A stretch of 63,928 nt of DNA, the filler included, from Acidimicrobiia bacterium (GTDB lineage Bacteria; Actinomycetota; Acidimicrobiia; Spongiisociales; JAENVV01): NCBI GenBank assembly GCA_041577335.1. It is 3 parts of 3 records of this genome, joined end to end, with 100 filler letters (N's around TTAATTAATTAA, not from the genome) between each part and the next. Parts side by side here need not be neighbours in the genome. Positions count along the whole stretch, not along the records: positions 1 to 25,689 come from JBFGJH010000047.1; positions 25,790 to 51,124 come from JBFGJH010000048.1; 1 more part is not named here. One strand, 5' to 3'. Both the position numbers and the translations under genes were made by a program. The notes below the pieces were generated by a model. The model saw nothing but the letters and a program-made list of their open reading frames with translations, was not told the DNA's origin and did no database searches. Below, in pieces: positions 19,764-29,294 of the stretch; position 1 is the first letter of the stretch; every line of letters begins with the position of its first letter.

Positions 19764-21517
19764 GTCGCCAGCTCTTCTTCGTCTATGCCCGCTCCGACGC
19801 CGGCCTTGAGCCAGGCATCCTGATCCATCTCTTCATGGTGCAGCTCACGAGATCGGTAGGTGCTTGGCAGCAAGCCCTCGGGCCTCACCAGCATCACCAC
19901 GACCAGCAGCGCTCCGTAGATGAGCAGCTTGTACTCCTGGAATTCCTGGAGCAAGCCCGGTTGGGTCGGGCCGCCGAGAACACCGATCAGTAAAGCGGCG
20001 CCGAGGATGACTCCGGGAATGTTGCCCATACCCCCGACGATCACGACCACCAACACGATGATCGAGACCAGCAATTCGAAACTGTTGGGAAAGACCGAAC
20101 CGACCTTGGCGGCGAAGATTGCCCCACCCCACGACGCCAATATGGCGCCGATGATGAAGGCCAGGAGTTTGGCAGTCACCGTGTTTATTCCCATGGCCTC
20201 TGCAACGGTCTCGTCCTCGCGCATGGCCATCCATGATCTGCCGATCCGGGAATACTGGAGTCGCCACGATACGTAGACGGCCACGAGCACGAAGATCGCA
20301 ACCATGTAGAAGATGCGCTCCGGGTCGACGCCCTTGATCTCACCGGTGAACCATTCGATACCGGGGATCTGACGTATCCCCTGCGATCCACCGAAAGAGC
20401 TGGACAGCCAGTCGGACAGGAACAGGATCCGAACGATCTCACCGAAACCGAGCGTAACGATGGCCAGATAGTCGCCTCGCATACGTATGACAGGCGTTCC
20501 GACCACCAGGCCCGCCAACGTCGCCAAGATGATGACAATCGGCAGGGCCACCCACCACGACAGTTCGGGACTGAACGCCGGCGAGCCAGGAGACGTGAGC
20601 ACCGCGGTCCCGTACGCGCCGACTGCGAAGAAGGCCACGTAGCCGAGATCGAGGATGCCGGCGAGGCCGATAACGACGTTGAGCCCCAGTGCCATGAGGA
20701 CGAACAGCCCGATGTTGGCAAGTAACTCATTCATGATGCCGCCCAGGAATCTCGGCAATATCCCGAACAGAGCGACAGAGATGATGACTCCGGCGATGGT
20801 GACCCGCCGCTGAACATCCAGATCCATGCGTCCGTACCTCGTCCGGATCGAGGGTGCATCGCGGTGGGTCGTCCATGCGGTGATAGCTCCGGTCAGCAAG
20901 AAGATGACGGCGGCCGCGGATGGTTTGAGGCCTCCGGTCCGGGCATACAGCGCATCGGCGTTGTCTTCGAGGATGTCGGTCACGACAGGTTCGAGCAGTG
21001 AGAAGGCAAGCACGTACAGCAGTCCGAACTCGATGCCTCTCCGGACGGGGCGTGACAGCAGGTGAAGGGCAGCTCCAGCGGTGGCGAGCACGACGCACCC
21101 AACGAAGAGGATCGTGAGCCCGGCGCCGAGCCCGCGGCCAAAGGTGACGATTTCGATCATCGCCGGGCTCAGCCGTGGGAACACGTCACGTATCGCCACC
21201 CCTGCCTCGAGGAGGGCATCGACCCCCCACACAAAGACCACCAAGATGAGCCCGCTGATAGCTCCGACGAGGGCGCCGGCGCCGAGATCCTGGGCTCCAG
21301 CCGGCTCGGCTTCGAAACCCTCCAGCGCCTTGCGCCGGGTAGCGAGATAAGCCAGGAGCGGCGGCACCCAGATCAGCGCCACGATTCCCAGAGTGAGACC
21401 AGGGTTGATGACAGATCGGCTGTCGAACGCTTCGACCATGCCGATTGCACAGATGAAGGCAAGCGTGATGCCGGCGTTGATGCCGTAGAACCGTGCTCGG
21501 GACCAGTCGACGCTCAT
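19760..21517 (-). CDS. livM: Branched-chain amino-acid ABC permease (LivM-like, extended N-terminus)
   Basis: GLNVVIGLAGILDLGYVAFFAVGAY, RGDYLAIVTLGFGEI. Confidence 0.9.
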   Translation of the reverse strand: MSVDWSRARFYGINAGITLAFICAIGMVEAFDSRSVINPGLTLGIVALIWVPPLLAYLATRRKALEGFEAEPAGAQDLGAGALVGAISGLILVVFVWGVDALLEAGVAIRDVFPRLSPAMIEIVTFGRGLGAGLTILFVGCVVLATAGAALHLLSRPVRRGIEFGLLYVLAFSLLEPVVTDILEDNADALYARTGGLKPSAAAVIFLLTGAITAWTTHRDAPSIRTRYGRMDLDVQRRVTIAGVIISVALFGILPRFLGGIMNELLANIGLFVLMALGLNVVIGLAGILDLGYVAFFAVGAYGTAVLTSPGSPAFSPELSWWVALPIVIILATLAGLVVGTPVIRMRGDYLAIVTLGFGEIVRILFLSDWLSSSFGGSQGIRQIPGIEWFTGEIKGVDPERIFYMVAIFVLVAVYVSWRLQYSRIGRSWMAMREDETVAEAMGINTVTAKLLAFIIGAILASWGGAIFAAKVGSVFPNSFELLVSIIVLVVVIVGGMGNIPGVILGAALLIGVLGGPTQPGLLQEFQEYKLLIYGALLVVVMLVRPEGLLPSTYRSRELHHEEMDQDAWLKAGVGAGIDEEELAT

Positions 21518-22623
21518 ACTCGGTCCCGGGCGGAGAGGCGCTCACCGAACAGACCGGTGGGCCGGAAGATGAGCACGAGAACAAGAACTGCGAACGCAAC
21601 GGCGTCTTTGAGCTGACTCACCCCGGTGACACCGAGGGGCTCCAGTATCACCAACGGAGCCACCGACTCAGCCAGACCCAGGAAAACTCCTCCACCCATG
21701 GCCCCGGCCAGATTGCCGATCCCACCAACCACGGCGGCGGTAAACGCCTTGATCCCCGGAATGAATCCGGTGATGAACGAGACGCCACGGAACAGGATCG
21801 CCCACGAAAGTCCGGCGACGCCTGCCATTGCGCCGCCGACTGCGAAGGTGGTGACGATTGTGCGGTCGACGTTGATCCCCATGAGAGCAGCGATTTCTTT
21901 GTCTTCGGCAACCGCCCGCATTGCCTTGCCGGTCTTGGTGCGGGTGATGAACAGGTAGAGGCCGATCGATGCCACGATGGCGATCACAATGACCAGCAGC
22001 TTGGTGCCTTCGATCTCGAAGCCAAGGATGGTTCGCCGGCTGGTGAGCCACTCGGGCGGGCGGGGATAGCTCTTCACCGCCGGCCCGAACAGGCCAAAAA
22101 AGGCGTTCTGGAGGAAGAATGACACGCCGATCGAGGTGATGAGCGGGATGAGTCGAGGGGCGTTTCGGAGAGGGCGGTAGGCAACCCGTTCGATGATGAC
22201 TGCGGTCAGGGTCGAGATGATCATCGACGACAGCAGCACGATGAGGAGTGAGAGAAGAAAGGCTTCTTCCCACCAGCCCGCGTTGAAGAGCGCGTTGGAG
22301 ATGAAAAAGCTGATGACGGTCCCGGCCATGAATACTTCGCCGTGGGCGAAGTTGATGAAGCCGAGCACGCCGTAGACCATCGAATATCCGAGCGCCAGGA
22401 GGCCATACATGGCCCCTTGGGCGAGTCCGGCGACGAGAAGGTCACGAAACGCCGGGCCGGTGAGCCCGCCCGTGCCGCTCGCCGACTGCACAATGAACTG
22501 AACGAGGCCCCAGGTGATGATGACGACAGCGACGATGCGGATGAGCATCACGAACCCGTCGACCCACTGGCCGGCGAAGCGGCCGCGAGATCGGCTTATC
22601 TGGGGCTGGTCGAGGGTCGCCAT
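21514..22623 (-). CDS. livH: Branched-chain amino-acid ABC permease (LivH-like)
   Basis: YGLLALGYSMVYG..FINFAHGE, GKAMRAVAED, KAFTAAVVGGIG. Confidence 0.9.
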   Translation of the reverse strand: MATLDQPQISRSRGRFAGQWVDGFVMLIRIVAVVIITWGLVQFIVQSASGTGGLTGPAFRDLLVAGLAQGAMYGLLALGYSMVYGVLGFINFAHGEVFMAGTVISFFISNALFNAGWWEEAFLLSLLIVLLSSMIISTLTAVIIERVAYRPLRNAPRLIPLITSIGVSFFLQNAFFGLFGPAVKSYPRPPEWLTSRRTILGFEIEGTKLLVIVIAIVASIGLYLFITRTKTGKAMRAVAEDKEIAALMGINVDRTIVTTFAVGGAMAGVAGLSWAILFRGVSFITGFIPGIKAFTAAVVGGIGNLAGAMGGGVFLGLAESVAPLVILEPLGVTGVSQLKDAVAFAVLVLVLIFRPTGLFGERLSARDRV

Positions 22624-22635
22624 GAATCAGAGTTG

Positions 22636-22665
22636 GTGAGGGGGCGGGCTTCCCCGCCCCCTCAC
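22636..22665 (-). terminator. Stem-loop after SBP gene
   Basis: gtgagggggcggg-cttc-cccgccccctcac, 13-bp stem. Confidence 0.6.
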
Positions 22666-22679
22666 GCCTTCCCTATTGG

Positions 22680-24047
22680 TTAGTTCGGGAATGTGAAGAT
22701 GACGTTCTGTCCGACCTCCGCGGCGGTCGTTTCACCTTCCAAGTGATCAACGATGCTGATGCGCTGCGAGCCACAGTCACCGAAGTCGTCACAGGTGAGC
22801 GATCCGGTTATGCCATCGAAGTCCGCCAGGCTGTTCAGTGCGTCACGGACGGCTTGACGATCGATGTACATCGTGTCGCCTTCCACCACCGCGACCTCGG
22901 AGATCGCCGTCAGCAGCATCACGGTGGCGTCATACGAATGGGCCCAGAAGGGCGCGCTCGGCGCTTCACCGTACGCAGCTTCATAGGCCGCCAGGAAGTC
23001 CTCAGCACTCGTGCCCAGGGCACTCTTGTTCTCGCCGAACTGGAGATCCGGGCCCGAGTGAATCACACCGACCGATTCGGGCAGCACGAGGAAATTGTCG
23101 GCGAGGGTGCCGTCGGCACTCACCAGCAATGTGTCTTCGAGACCCTGCACTCCTCCGACCTGCTGGACGATGAAGCCACCCTCCGGCATGAAGATCGGGA
23201 AGAAGATCGCTTCCGGTTCACCGGCGGCAACCTCGGTCAGGACTGGCACCATGTCGGTGTCGCCCTTGTTCACAGCAGTGAAGACCGAGATTTCTCCGCC
23301 GAACTCTTCGAATGCGTCGGCAAAGGCCTGCGCCAAACCGTTCGTGTACGGATCACCATCATGGATGGCGGCCGCGTTGCGAAGGCCCAATTCCTCGTAC
23401 AGGTAGGTCGCAACCGCTCGGCCTTGGAACAGGTCGTTGTGTGCGGTTCGGTAGTAGCCAGGGTTGTAGTCGGGATTGGCGTTTCCGGCCAAGTCGGACG
23501 TCAACGCCGGAGACGTGTTCGACGGCGAGATCATCACCATGCCTGCCGCCGAGATCAGCGGCGAGGCAGCGGTCGCTGCGCCTGAGCAGGACGTTCCGAT
23601 CACACCAACGACGTCCTCGTCGGCGACGATTGTCTGAGCGGCAGCTTGACCACCATCTGCGCTGCAGAGGTCGTCAAGAGGAGTCCCAATGCTGACGTTG
23701 CGGCCCTCAATCGCACCAAAGTCGGCAATGGCCAGTTCGGTACCGCGCTGGTTGGGAATTCCGAGCGTGGCAACGTCGCCAGAGATAGCCTGCAATGAGC
23801 GAATCTGAATGTCCTCGCCCGGGCCGACCTCTACTGCGCCAAGTGGCCCTGGCTCGAACATGGCCTCCGGCTCGGTTTCTGGCGGAGCCTCCGTGGTCGC
23901 GGGAGCTTCCGTCGTAGGAGCTTCCGTGGCCGCGGTGGTCTCGTCAGGAGCGTCCGTTGTTTCTGTTGAATCTGACCCACATGCGGCCAAGATCAACGCA
24001 AATGCGCTGATGATGGCTATCAGGTGGAGTGTCTTCCGTCTCGGCAA
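22680..24047 (-). CDS. livK: Branched-chain amino-acid ABC substrate-binding lipoprotein
   Basis: Lipobox LAAC, GTSCSGA, SPSNTSP.LT, YRTAHND..QG; AAGGAGG RBS before TTG. Confidence 0.88.
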   Translation of the reverse strand: MPRRKTLHLIAIISAFALILAACGSDSTETTDAPDETTAATEAPTTEAPATTEAPPETEPEAMFEPGPLGAVEVGPGEDIQIRSLQAISGDVATLGIPNQRGTELAIADFGAIEGRNVSIGTPLDDLCSADGGQAAAQTIVADEDVVGVIGTSCSGAATAASPLISAAGMVMISPSNTSPALTSDLAGNANPDYNPGYYRTAHNDLFQGRAVATYLYEELGLRNAAAIHDGDPYTNGLAQAFADAFEEFGGEISVFTAVNKGDTDMVPVLTEVAAGEPEAIFFPIFMPEGGFIVQQVGGVQGLEDTLLVSADGTLADNFLVLPESVGVIHSGPDLQFGENKSALGTSAEDFLAAYEAAYGEAPSAPFWAHSYDATVMLLTAISEVAVVEGDTMYIDRQAVRDALNSLADFDGITGSLTCDDFGDCGSQRISIVDHLEGETTAAEVGQNVIFTFPN

Positions 24048-24181
24048 TTTCAGCCTCCTTGCGTGGACGGTTGGTTACTCATTTCGGACGGCACACCGGG
24101 TGTGCCGTCGGGACACTCTACTCATGGGTATCCGGTCGCCGCTGCCAAGAGTGCAGCAAAGGTTTCCAACGAAAGAGGCGA

Positions 24182-24931
24182 TCAGGCGACGAGATGGGCC
24201 GAATTGGCGAGGCCGAGGTGTCCCGCTTCGATGGCGGCGAGCCTGTTGGCTTGTTCATCGGAGACGATATCGCATACCCAGTCCCAGTGGACGGTGACGC
24301 GATCACCGGGACGGCACGACCCGGGCAGGCAGCGGAATGGCTGCGTCACCGTCATGCCGCGTGTGAGGTTCCCACCTTCATACGAGAGTTGTTCGGTCTC
24401 CACGACTGCGGTCTCACCATGCATCGATATCACGGTCCCGGTCCGGATGCGGCATCGGTCGAGCACATCGAGCGCAATCCCGACGTGTCCCTGTCGGAGC
24501 AGCCCAACCCAGGGGTAGACGCAGAGCACGTGGAAGGAGTGATGCGGGAACGCGCTCACCGCCAGATGATCGGCCAGATTCGACCAACCTGACGGATTCC
24601 GATCTCGAAACCGGTCCCGCAACGAGTTGCCGAAGTCGAGCAAGGGAACCGAGCGCAGGAGATCGGTTCCCAGCCAGTACGCCTCGACAACTCGCCGATC
24701 CAGGGGGTCACCTATTCCGGACACCGATGCGATCAGGGACAAATACGGCCAGGCCCCGTCGAAATGGGTTGCCCATTGTCGGAGGTCGCCTCCGGCGTCG
24801 GGAGCTGCGATCATCGCCAGGACCGTTGTCGCATCCTCCGGCCCGCAGTAGCCCTTCGCATTGGGCGGAAACGCGTACCGGGCGAAGAGCTGCGGGCCAG
24901 ACGTGGGCCTCGGCGCCGGATGCCACTTCAT
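24182..24931 (-). CDS. DUF6390-like protein
   Basis: LFARYAFPPN..GYCGP, F.GAWPYL, VVEAYWLG, PHHSFHV, LDRCRI, GD.V.VHWDWVC; ATGA overlap with the upstream gene. Confidence 0.75.
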   Translation of the reverse strand: MKWHPAPRPTSGPQLFARYAFPPNAKGYCGPEDATTVLAMIAAPDAGGDLRQWATHFDGAWPYLSLIASVSGIGDPLDRRVVEAYWLGTDLLRSVPLLDFGNSLRDRFRDRNPSGWSNLADHLAVSAFPHHSFHVLCVYPWVGLLRQGHVGIALDVLDRCRIRTGTVISMHGETAVVETEQLSYEGGNLTRGMTVTQPFRCLPGSCRPGDRVTVHWDWVCDIVSDEQANRLAAIEAGHLGLANSAHLVA

Positions 24932-25689
24932 CTGAGAGAGGTTGATCGAGTTGCCTGGCGCAGACTCCCAACCATGACGATGGCGACTCCGGCAGCGATG
25001 AGGGCGAGACCGACTGCGGGCACGGTCGCTCCCTGAAATCCGGTTTGTATCAGCGCCGTGATCAACGCTCCGCCTACCAAGATCGCCATCACATCGGTGG
25101 CCGGGGCTCGCGAGAGTGCGGAATACCAGCCTGCCACGAACAGGCTGAGGACCCCACCGGTCACCAACACCCACGACACCTGGGTGGCACCGATCGACCC
25201 CAACGCGGCGAACGCACCCGAGGTCAGCCCGTAGCCGACCAGCACGACGCTGCCGAGGGCCATTCGAGCCACTGCCACGGTCATCGGCGACAGTTCGACC
25301 AGGAGGTTCTTGGCGATGATGACCTCGATTGACCACAAGATCGTCGCTGCCAGAATCATCAACTCGCCGCTACCGGCCGCCCATCCGTCAACGCCTCCAC
25401 CCAGCGTTGCCTGGCCCCACAACAGAACTCCGATCGCCAGGTAGTGCCACCCCCTGAGCCGCTCACCCAGTAGCGGGACAGCAAGCAAGGCAACAAAAAC
25501 AACCAAGCCCTTGTGGATGAATGCAGCATTCGTGGAGGTCGCTCGCGCCAGGCCTTCAAAAAACAGGAGAAACGGCACGCTTCCGCCGACCACCGCCACC
25601 GCCGCCAGACCCGTCCACTGGGAACGGCTCGTCGGCCACGTGAATGCCTCTTTGCTCCGGCGCGCCGACACGCCCGCCAGGATCACGAG
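24928..25689 (-). CDS. EamA/DMT family transporter (5' truncated by contig end)
   Basis: Multiple TM helices, PFLLFFEGL, AFIHK, LLGERL. Confidence 0.85.
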   Translation of the reverse strand, partial: LVILAGVSARRSKEAFTWPTSRSQWTGLAAVAVVGGSVPFLLFFEGLARATSTNAAFIHKGLVVFVALLAVPLLGERLRGWHYLAIGVLLWGQATLGGGVDGWAAGSGELMILAATILWSIEVIIAKNLLVELSPMTVAVARMALGSVVLVGYGLTSGAFAALGSIGATQVSWVLVTGGVLSLFVAGWYSALSRAPATDVMAILVGGALITALIQTGFQGATVPAVGLALIAAGVAIVMVGSLRQATRSTSLR

Positions 25690-25789
25690 NNNNNNNNNNN
25701 NNNNNNNNNNNNNNNNNNNNNNNNNNNNNNNNNTTAATTAATTAANNNNNNNNNNNNNNNNNNNNNNNNNNNNNNNNNNNNNNNNNNNN
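25690..25789. other. Artificial contig linker
   Basis: 44 N + TTAATTAATTAA (stops in all six frames) + 44 N. Confidence 0.97.
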
Positions 25790-25790
25790 C

Positions 25791-28412
25791 ACCCTCGCCT
25801 CAGTCGTCGCCTTCGTCTACGAACGCGCCCCCGGCCTCGAACAACCCAGCCAAACACCCGCCGCCGAGAGCCTCCCCAGCGACACCGCGCCGGCGGAAGC
25901 CGTGAGCGCTGGGCTCATGGAGGGCGACGACGAGGCGGCCGCCGCCGTGATACGGCGCATCCCCACCCCCGTCCTCCGGCCTGCTCTCGAAGCCTGCGTG
26001 CCCACCGGAGTTGACATTGGCAGCGGATCCCGAATCGTCGTGATGATGGATCGGGGTGGCGTCGGCGCGGCGCTGGTGAAGCGCCTCGGGAAGCTCGGCG
26101 CCGATGTGCTGGCGGTCGTTGACGCTCCCGAAGCCGACGAGCTACTCGACCGCATCGCCGGGTTCGGGCCCATCCACGGCGTGTTCTGGCTGCCCGCCCT
26201 GGACACCGAGGATTTCGCCGCTATGGACATCGATGACTGGAGGGAGGCGACGCGTGTTCGTGTGAAGCTCCTCTATACAGCCATGCGCCACCTGTACGAC
26301 TCAGGGGCGTTCCTGGTGACCGGTACGCGCCTCGGAGGCCGCCATGGGTATGACCAGGCCGGTGCACATGCCCCCTTGGGCGGCGCCGTGACCGGCTTCG
26401 CCAAGGCCTACAAGCGAGAGCGCCCCGACGTACTGGTGAAGGCTGTGGACTTCCCAGCCGGCCGCAAAACGGCCGCCCCGGCGGAAGCCCTGATCAAAGA
26501 GGCGCAAAGTGATCCGGGTGTCGTCGAGGTCGGCCACGTCGGCGCTGCCCGTTGGACGATCGCCACCGTCCCGGGAGTCGCCGACGGCGACGAAGCGGGC
26601 GTCGAACTCGGTCCCGACTCGGTCTTCGTGATCACCGGCGCGGCCGGCAGTATCGTGTCGGCAATCACGGCGGACCTCGCCCGGGCCGCGGGAGGCGGCA
26701 CGTTCCACCTGTTGGACCTGGCGCCTGCCGCCGACGCTGCCGACCCCGACGTGGCGATGTTCGCCGCCGACCGGGACGGCCTCAAGCGCACCCTCTTCGA
26801 GCGCATCAAGGAGTCCGAAGGCAGGGCGACGCCTGCGCAGGTCGAGAAGGAGCTTGCCGGGATCGAGCGGCGCCATGCTTCGGCCGCAGCGATGCAGGCC
26901 ATCGAGAACGCCGGCGGCGTCGTGCACTACCACCAGGTCGACCTGCGCGACGATGCAGGCATGGCCGGCGCCATGGAATCCGTCAAGGCGGACGGGCAGG
27001 TCGACGTCCTCCTCCATGCGGGAGGACTGGAGATCAGCCGGCTGCTCCCCGACAAGGAACCCGCCGAGTTCGATCTGGTTTTCGACGTCAAGGCCGACGG
27101 CTGGTTCAACCTGGTGAAAGGGCTCGAGGGCGTGCCGATCATCTCGGCCGTTGCCTTCTCCTCCATCGCAGGCCGGTACGGCAACGGCGGGCAGGCCGAC
27201 TACAGCGCCGCCAACGACATGCTGTGCAAGGCGATCTCCCACCTGCGATCGGCTCGTCCCGACACCCGCGGGATCGCCGTCGACTGGACGGCGTGGGGAG
27301 ACATCGGCATGGCCACCAGAGGATCGATTCCGACGGTCATGAAAGCGGCCGGCATCGACATGCTCCCCGCTGCGGCCGGAATTCCCATTGTTCGCCAAGA
27401 GCTCACCCGCCCGGCCCCGACGCGCGAGATCGTGATCGCCGGGGGGCTCGGAGTCCTCGATGAGGAACTAGATCCCGGCGGAGGCGTCGACACAGAGTCG
27501 ATGCTGGACGCTCAGAATCAGCCGGGTGTCATGGTGGGCACGTTGCGCGGCGGCGCAGCGGGGCTCACCATGTCCGTGGAGCTCGACCCCCGAGAGCAGC
27601 CGTTCCTGCACGACCACCAGATCGACGGCACACCTGTGCTGCCGGGGGTCATGGGCTTGGAGGCATTCGCGGAGGTCGCCGCGCTTGCCTATCCCGACTT
27701 GCATGTAGCCGCCATCGAGGATGTCGACTTTCACGCGCCCTTCAAGTTCTACCGCCACGAGCCCCGTCAGGTCACCGTCGAGGCTTCGTTCACGAGGGAC
27801 GGCGAAGACGTCCTCGCACACTGCCGTCTCACCGGCTCCCGAGTCCTCGCCGGACAGGACGAGCCGCAGCGCACCGTGCATTTCACCGGCACCGTGCGGC
27901 TCGCCGCCGAGCCGCCGCACCCGGCGGGCGGATCCATCCCGGACCGGAAGGGCGCCGAGGTGACGGCCGAATCGGTCTACTCCATCTATTTCCACGGCCC
28001 CGCCTACCAGGTTGTGGCGAACGCCTGGCGGAATGGTGACACCGTGGCCGGTGCCATGCCGGAGACGCTTGCAGCGAATCACTTCCCCGATTCGGCGGTC
28101 ACGATCGTCGGACCGCGCTCCCTCGAGCTTTGCTTTCAGACGGCCGGTGTGCACGAGATAGGGACAACTGGCGTTATGGGGCTCCCGCTGCATGTCGACC
28201 GCTACATCCCAGCTCCGGCCGATGGCAAGCCGCAAGGACGACTGACGGCGCTCGTCGAGGCACACGACGACGGCAGCTTCTCCGCCAGCGTCGTCGACGA
28301 GGCAGGCACCGGTTTCGGCGCCTTGTCCGGCTATCGCACCGTGCGACTCCCCGGCGCGATCGACGACGACCTGCTGGCGCCTCTGCGCAAAGCAATGACC
28401 GGCGAGGCCTGA
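25791..28412 (+). CDS. Type I PKS/FAS C-terminal fragment: ACP end - KR - DH (5' truncated)
   Basis: Open from contig start (TLASVVAFVYER, ACP-like last helix); KR ITGAAGSI...GQADYSAAND; DH PFLHDHQIDGTPVLPG and YFHGPAYQ. Confidence 0.88.
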   Translation, partial: TLASVVAFVYERAPGLEQPSQTPAAESLPSDTAPAEAVSAGLMEGDDEAAAAVIRRIPTPVLRPALEACVPTGVDIGSGSRIVVMMDRGGVGAALVKRLGKLGADVLAVVDAPEADELLDRIAGFGPIHGVFWLPALDTEDFAAMDIDDWREATRVRVKLLYTAMRHLYDSGAFLVTGTRLGGRHGYDQAGAHAPLGGAVTGFAKAYKRERPDVLVKAVDFPAGRKTAAPAEALIKEAQSDPGVVEVGHVGAARWTIATVPGVADGDEAGVELGPDSVFVITGAAGSIVSAITADLARAAGGGTFHLLDLAPAADAADPDVAMFAADRDGLKRTLFERIKESEGRATPAQVEKELAGIERRHASAAAMQAIENAGGVVHYHQVDLRDDAGMAGAMESVKADGQVDVLLHAGGLEISRLLPDKEPAEFDLVFDVKADGWFNLVKGLEGVPIISAVAFSSIAGRYGNGGQADYSAANDMLCKAISHLRSARPDTRGIAVDWTAWGDIGMATRGSIPTVMKAAGIDMLPAAAGIPIVRQELTRPAPTREIVIAGGLGVLDEELDPGGGVDTESMLDAQNQPGVMVGTLRGGAAGLTMSVELDPREQPFLHDHQIDGTPVLPGVMGLEAFAEVAALAYPDLHVAAIEDVDFHAPFKFYRHEPRQVTVEASFTRDGEDVLAHCRLTGSRVLAGQDEPQRTVHFTGTVRLAAEPPHPAGGSIPDRKGAEVTAESVYSIYFHGPAYQVVANAWRNGDTVAGAMPETLAANHFPDSAVTIVGPRSLELCFQTAGVHEIGTTGVMGLPLHVDRYIPAPADGKPQGRLTALVEAHDDGSFSASVVDEAGTGFGALSGYRTVRLPGAIDDDLLAPLRKAMTGEA

Positions 28413-28416
28413 TCAC

Positions 28417-29160
28417 GTGGCGGCGCCGGCCGCGTCGTGGCTCGCCGTGTGCGAAACGGCGGTCCCGACCGACGACGAATGGCTCACCGGGCCGGAAGCG
28501 GCTCGGCTCGCTGCAATGCGGTTCACCAAGCGCCGCCTGGAATCGCGCTTGGGACGCTGGACTGCCAAACAAGCTGTGGCAGGGGCACTGCGACTCCAGA
28601 CGGGCGCACCGGACACCGGCCAGGTGAGCATCGTCAACGCCCCCGACGGAGCACCGGAGGCCTTCGTCGACGGTGAACCGATCGGGATCGCAATCTCGAT
28701 GACGGACCGGGCGGGGTGGGCGGTATGCATAACGCTGCCCGGCGCGGCCTCGGTGGGCTGCGATCTGGAGCTCGTCGAGCCGCGTTCGGCCGCCTTCGTA
28801 GCCGACTACTTCACACCGCCGGAGCAGGCGGCTGTTGCGGCCGCCGACAACCACGATCTCATGGCCAACGCCATCTGGTCGGCCAAGGAAAGCGCTCTCA
28901 AAGTCCTTCGCACCGGGCTACGACGCGCCACCCGGTCGGTGGAGGTCACACTGGATGGCGACGGCAACGGCTGGCACCCACTGGAGGTCGTCGCTGCGGA
29001 GGGCGACCGATTCCCGGGTTGGTGGATCAGGTTCGGCGAGTTCGTCCTGACGGTGGCGGCATCGGTGCCCACAGCCTCACCGGTGAGCCAGGTCGAGCCG
29101 CCCCCACTGGCGGAAGCCGAGCCGCTCCATTCGTGGATGGATGCCCCGCTGATCGGCTAG
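28417..29160 (+). CDS. Sfp-type 4'-phosphopantetheinyl transferase
   Basis: GRWTAK, DGAPE, VGCDLE, WSAKESALK. Confidence 0.9.
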   Translation: MAAPAASWLAVCETAVPTDDEWLTGPEAARLAAMRFTKRRLESRLGRWTAKQAVAGALRLQTGAPDTGQVSIVNAPDGAPEAFVDGEPIGIAISMTDRAGWAVCITLPGAASVGCDLELVEPRSAAFVADYFTPPEQAAVAAADNHDLMANAIWSAKESALKVLRTGLRRATRSVEVTLDGDGNGWHPLEVVAAEGDRFPGWWIRFGEFVLTVAASVPTASPVSQVEPPPLAEAEPLHSWMDAPLIG

Positions 29161-29294
29161 CTCTCTCCCCTCGTTCCCATCGGGCGGCTCTGCAAGGGGG
29201 GTCTCCGGCCCGTCGACCCCAAGGCGTTGGCACGCTGGCCTGGGCCCGCCCAGCTCGTCGGCCCTACAATCTGCTCGCCAAGGGAAGGAGATCA

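Noticed and set aside
25690..25789. TTAATTAATTAA palindrome within N runs (also 51125-51224)
   Set aside because: Identical 100-bp artificial spacer; genes on either side should not be treated as neighbours
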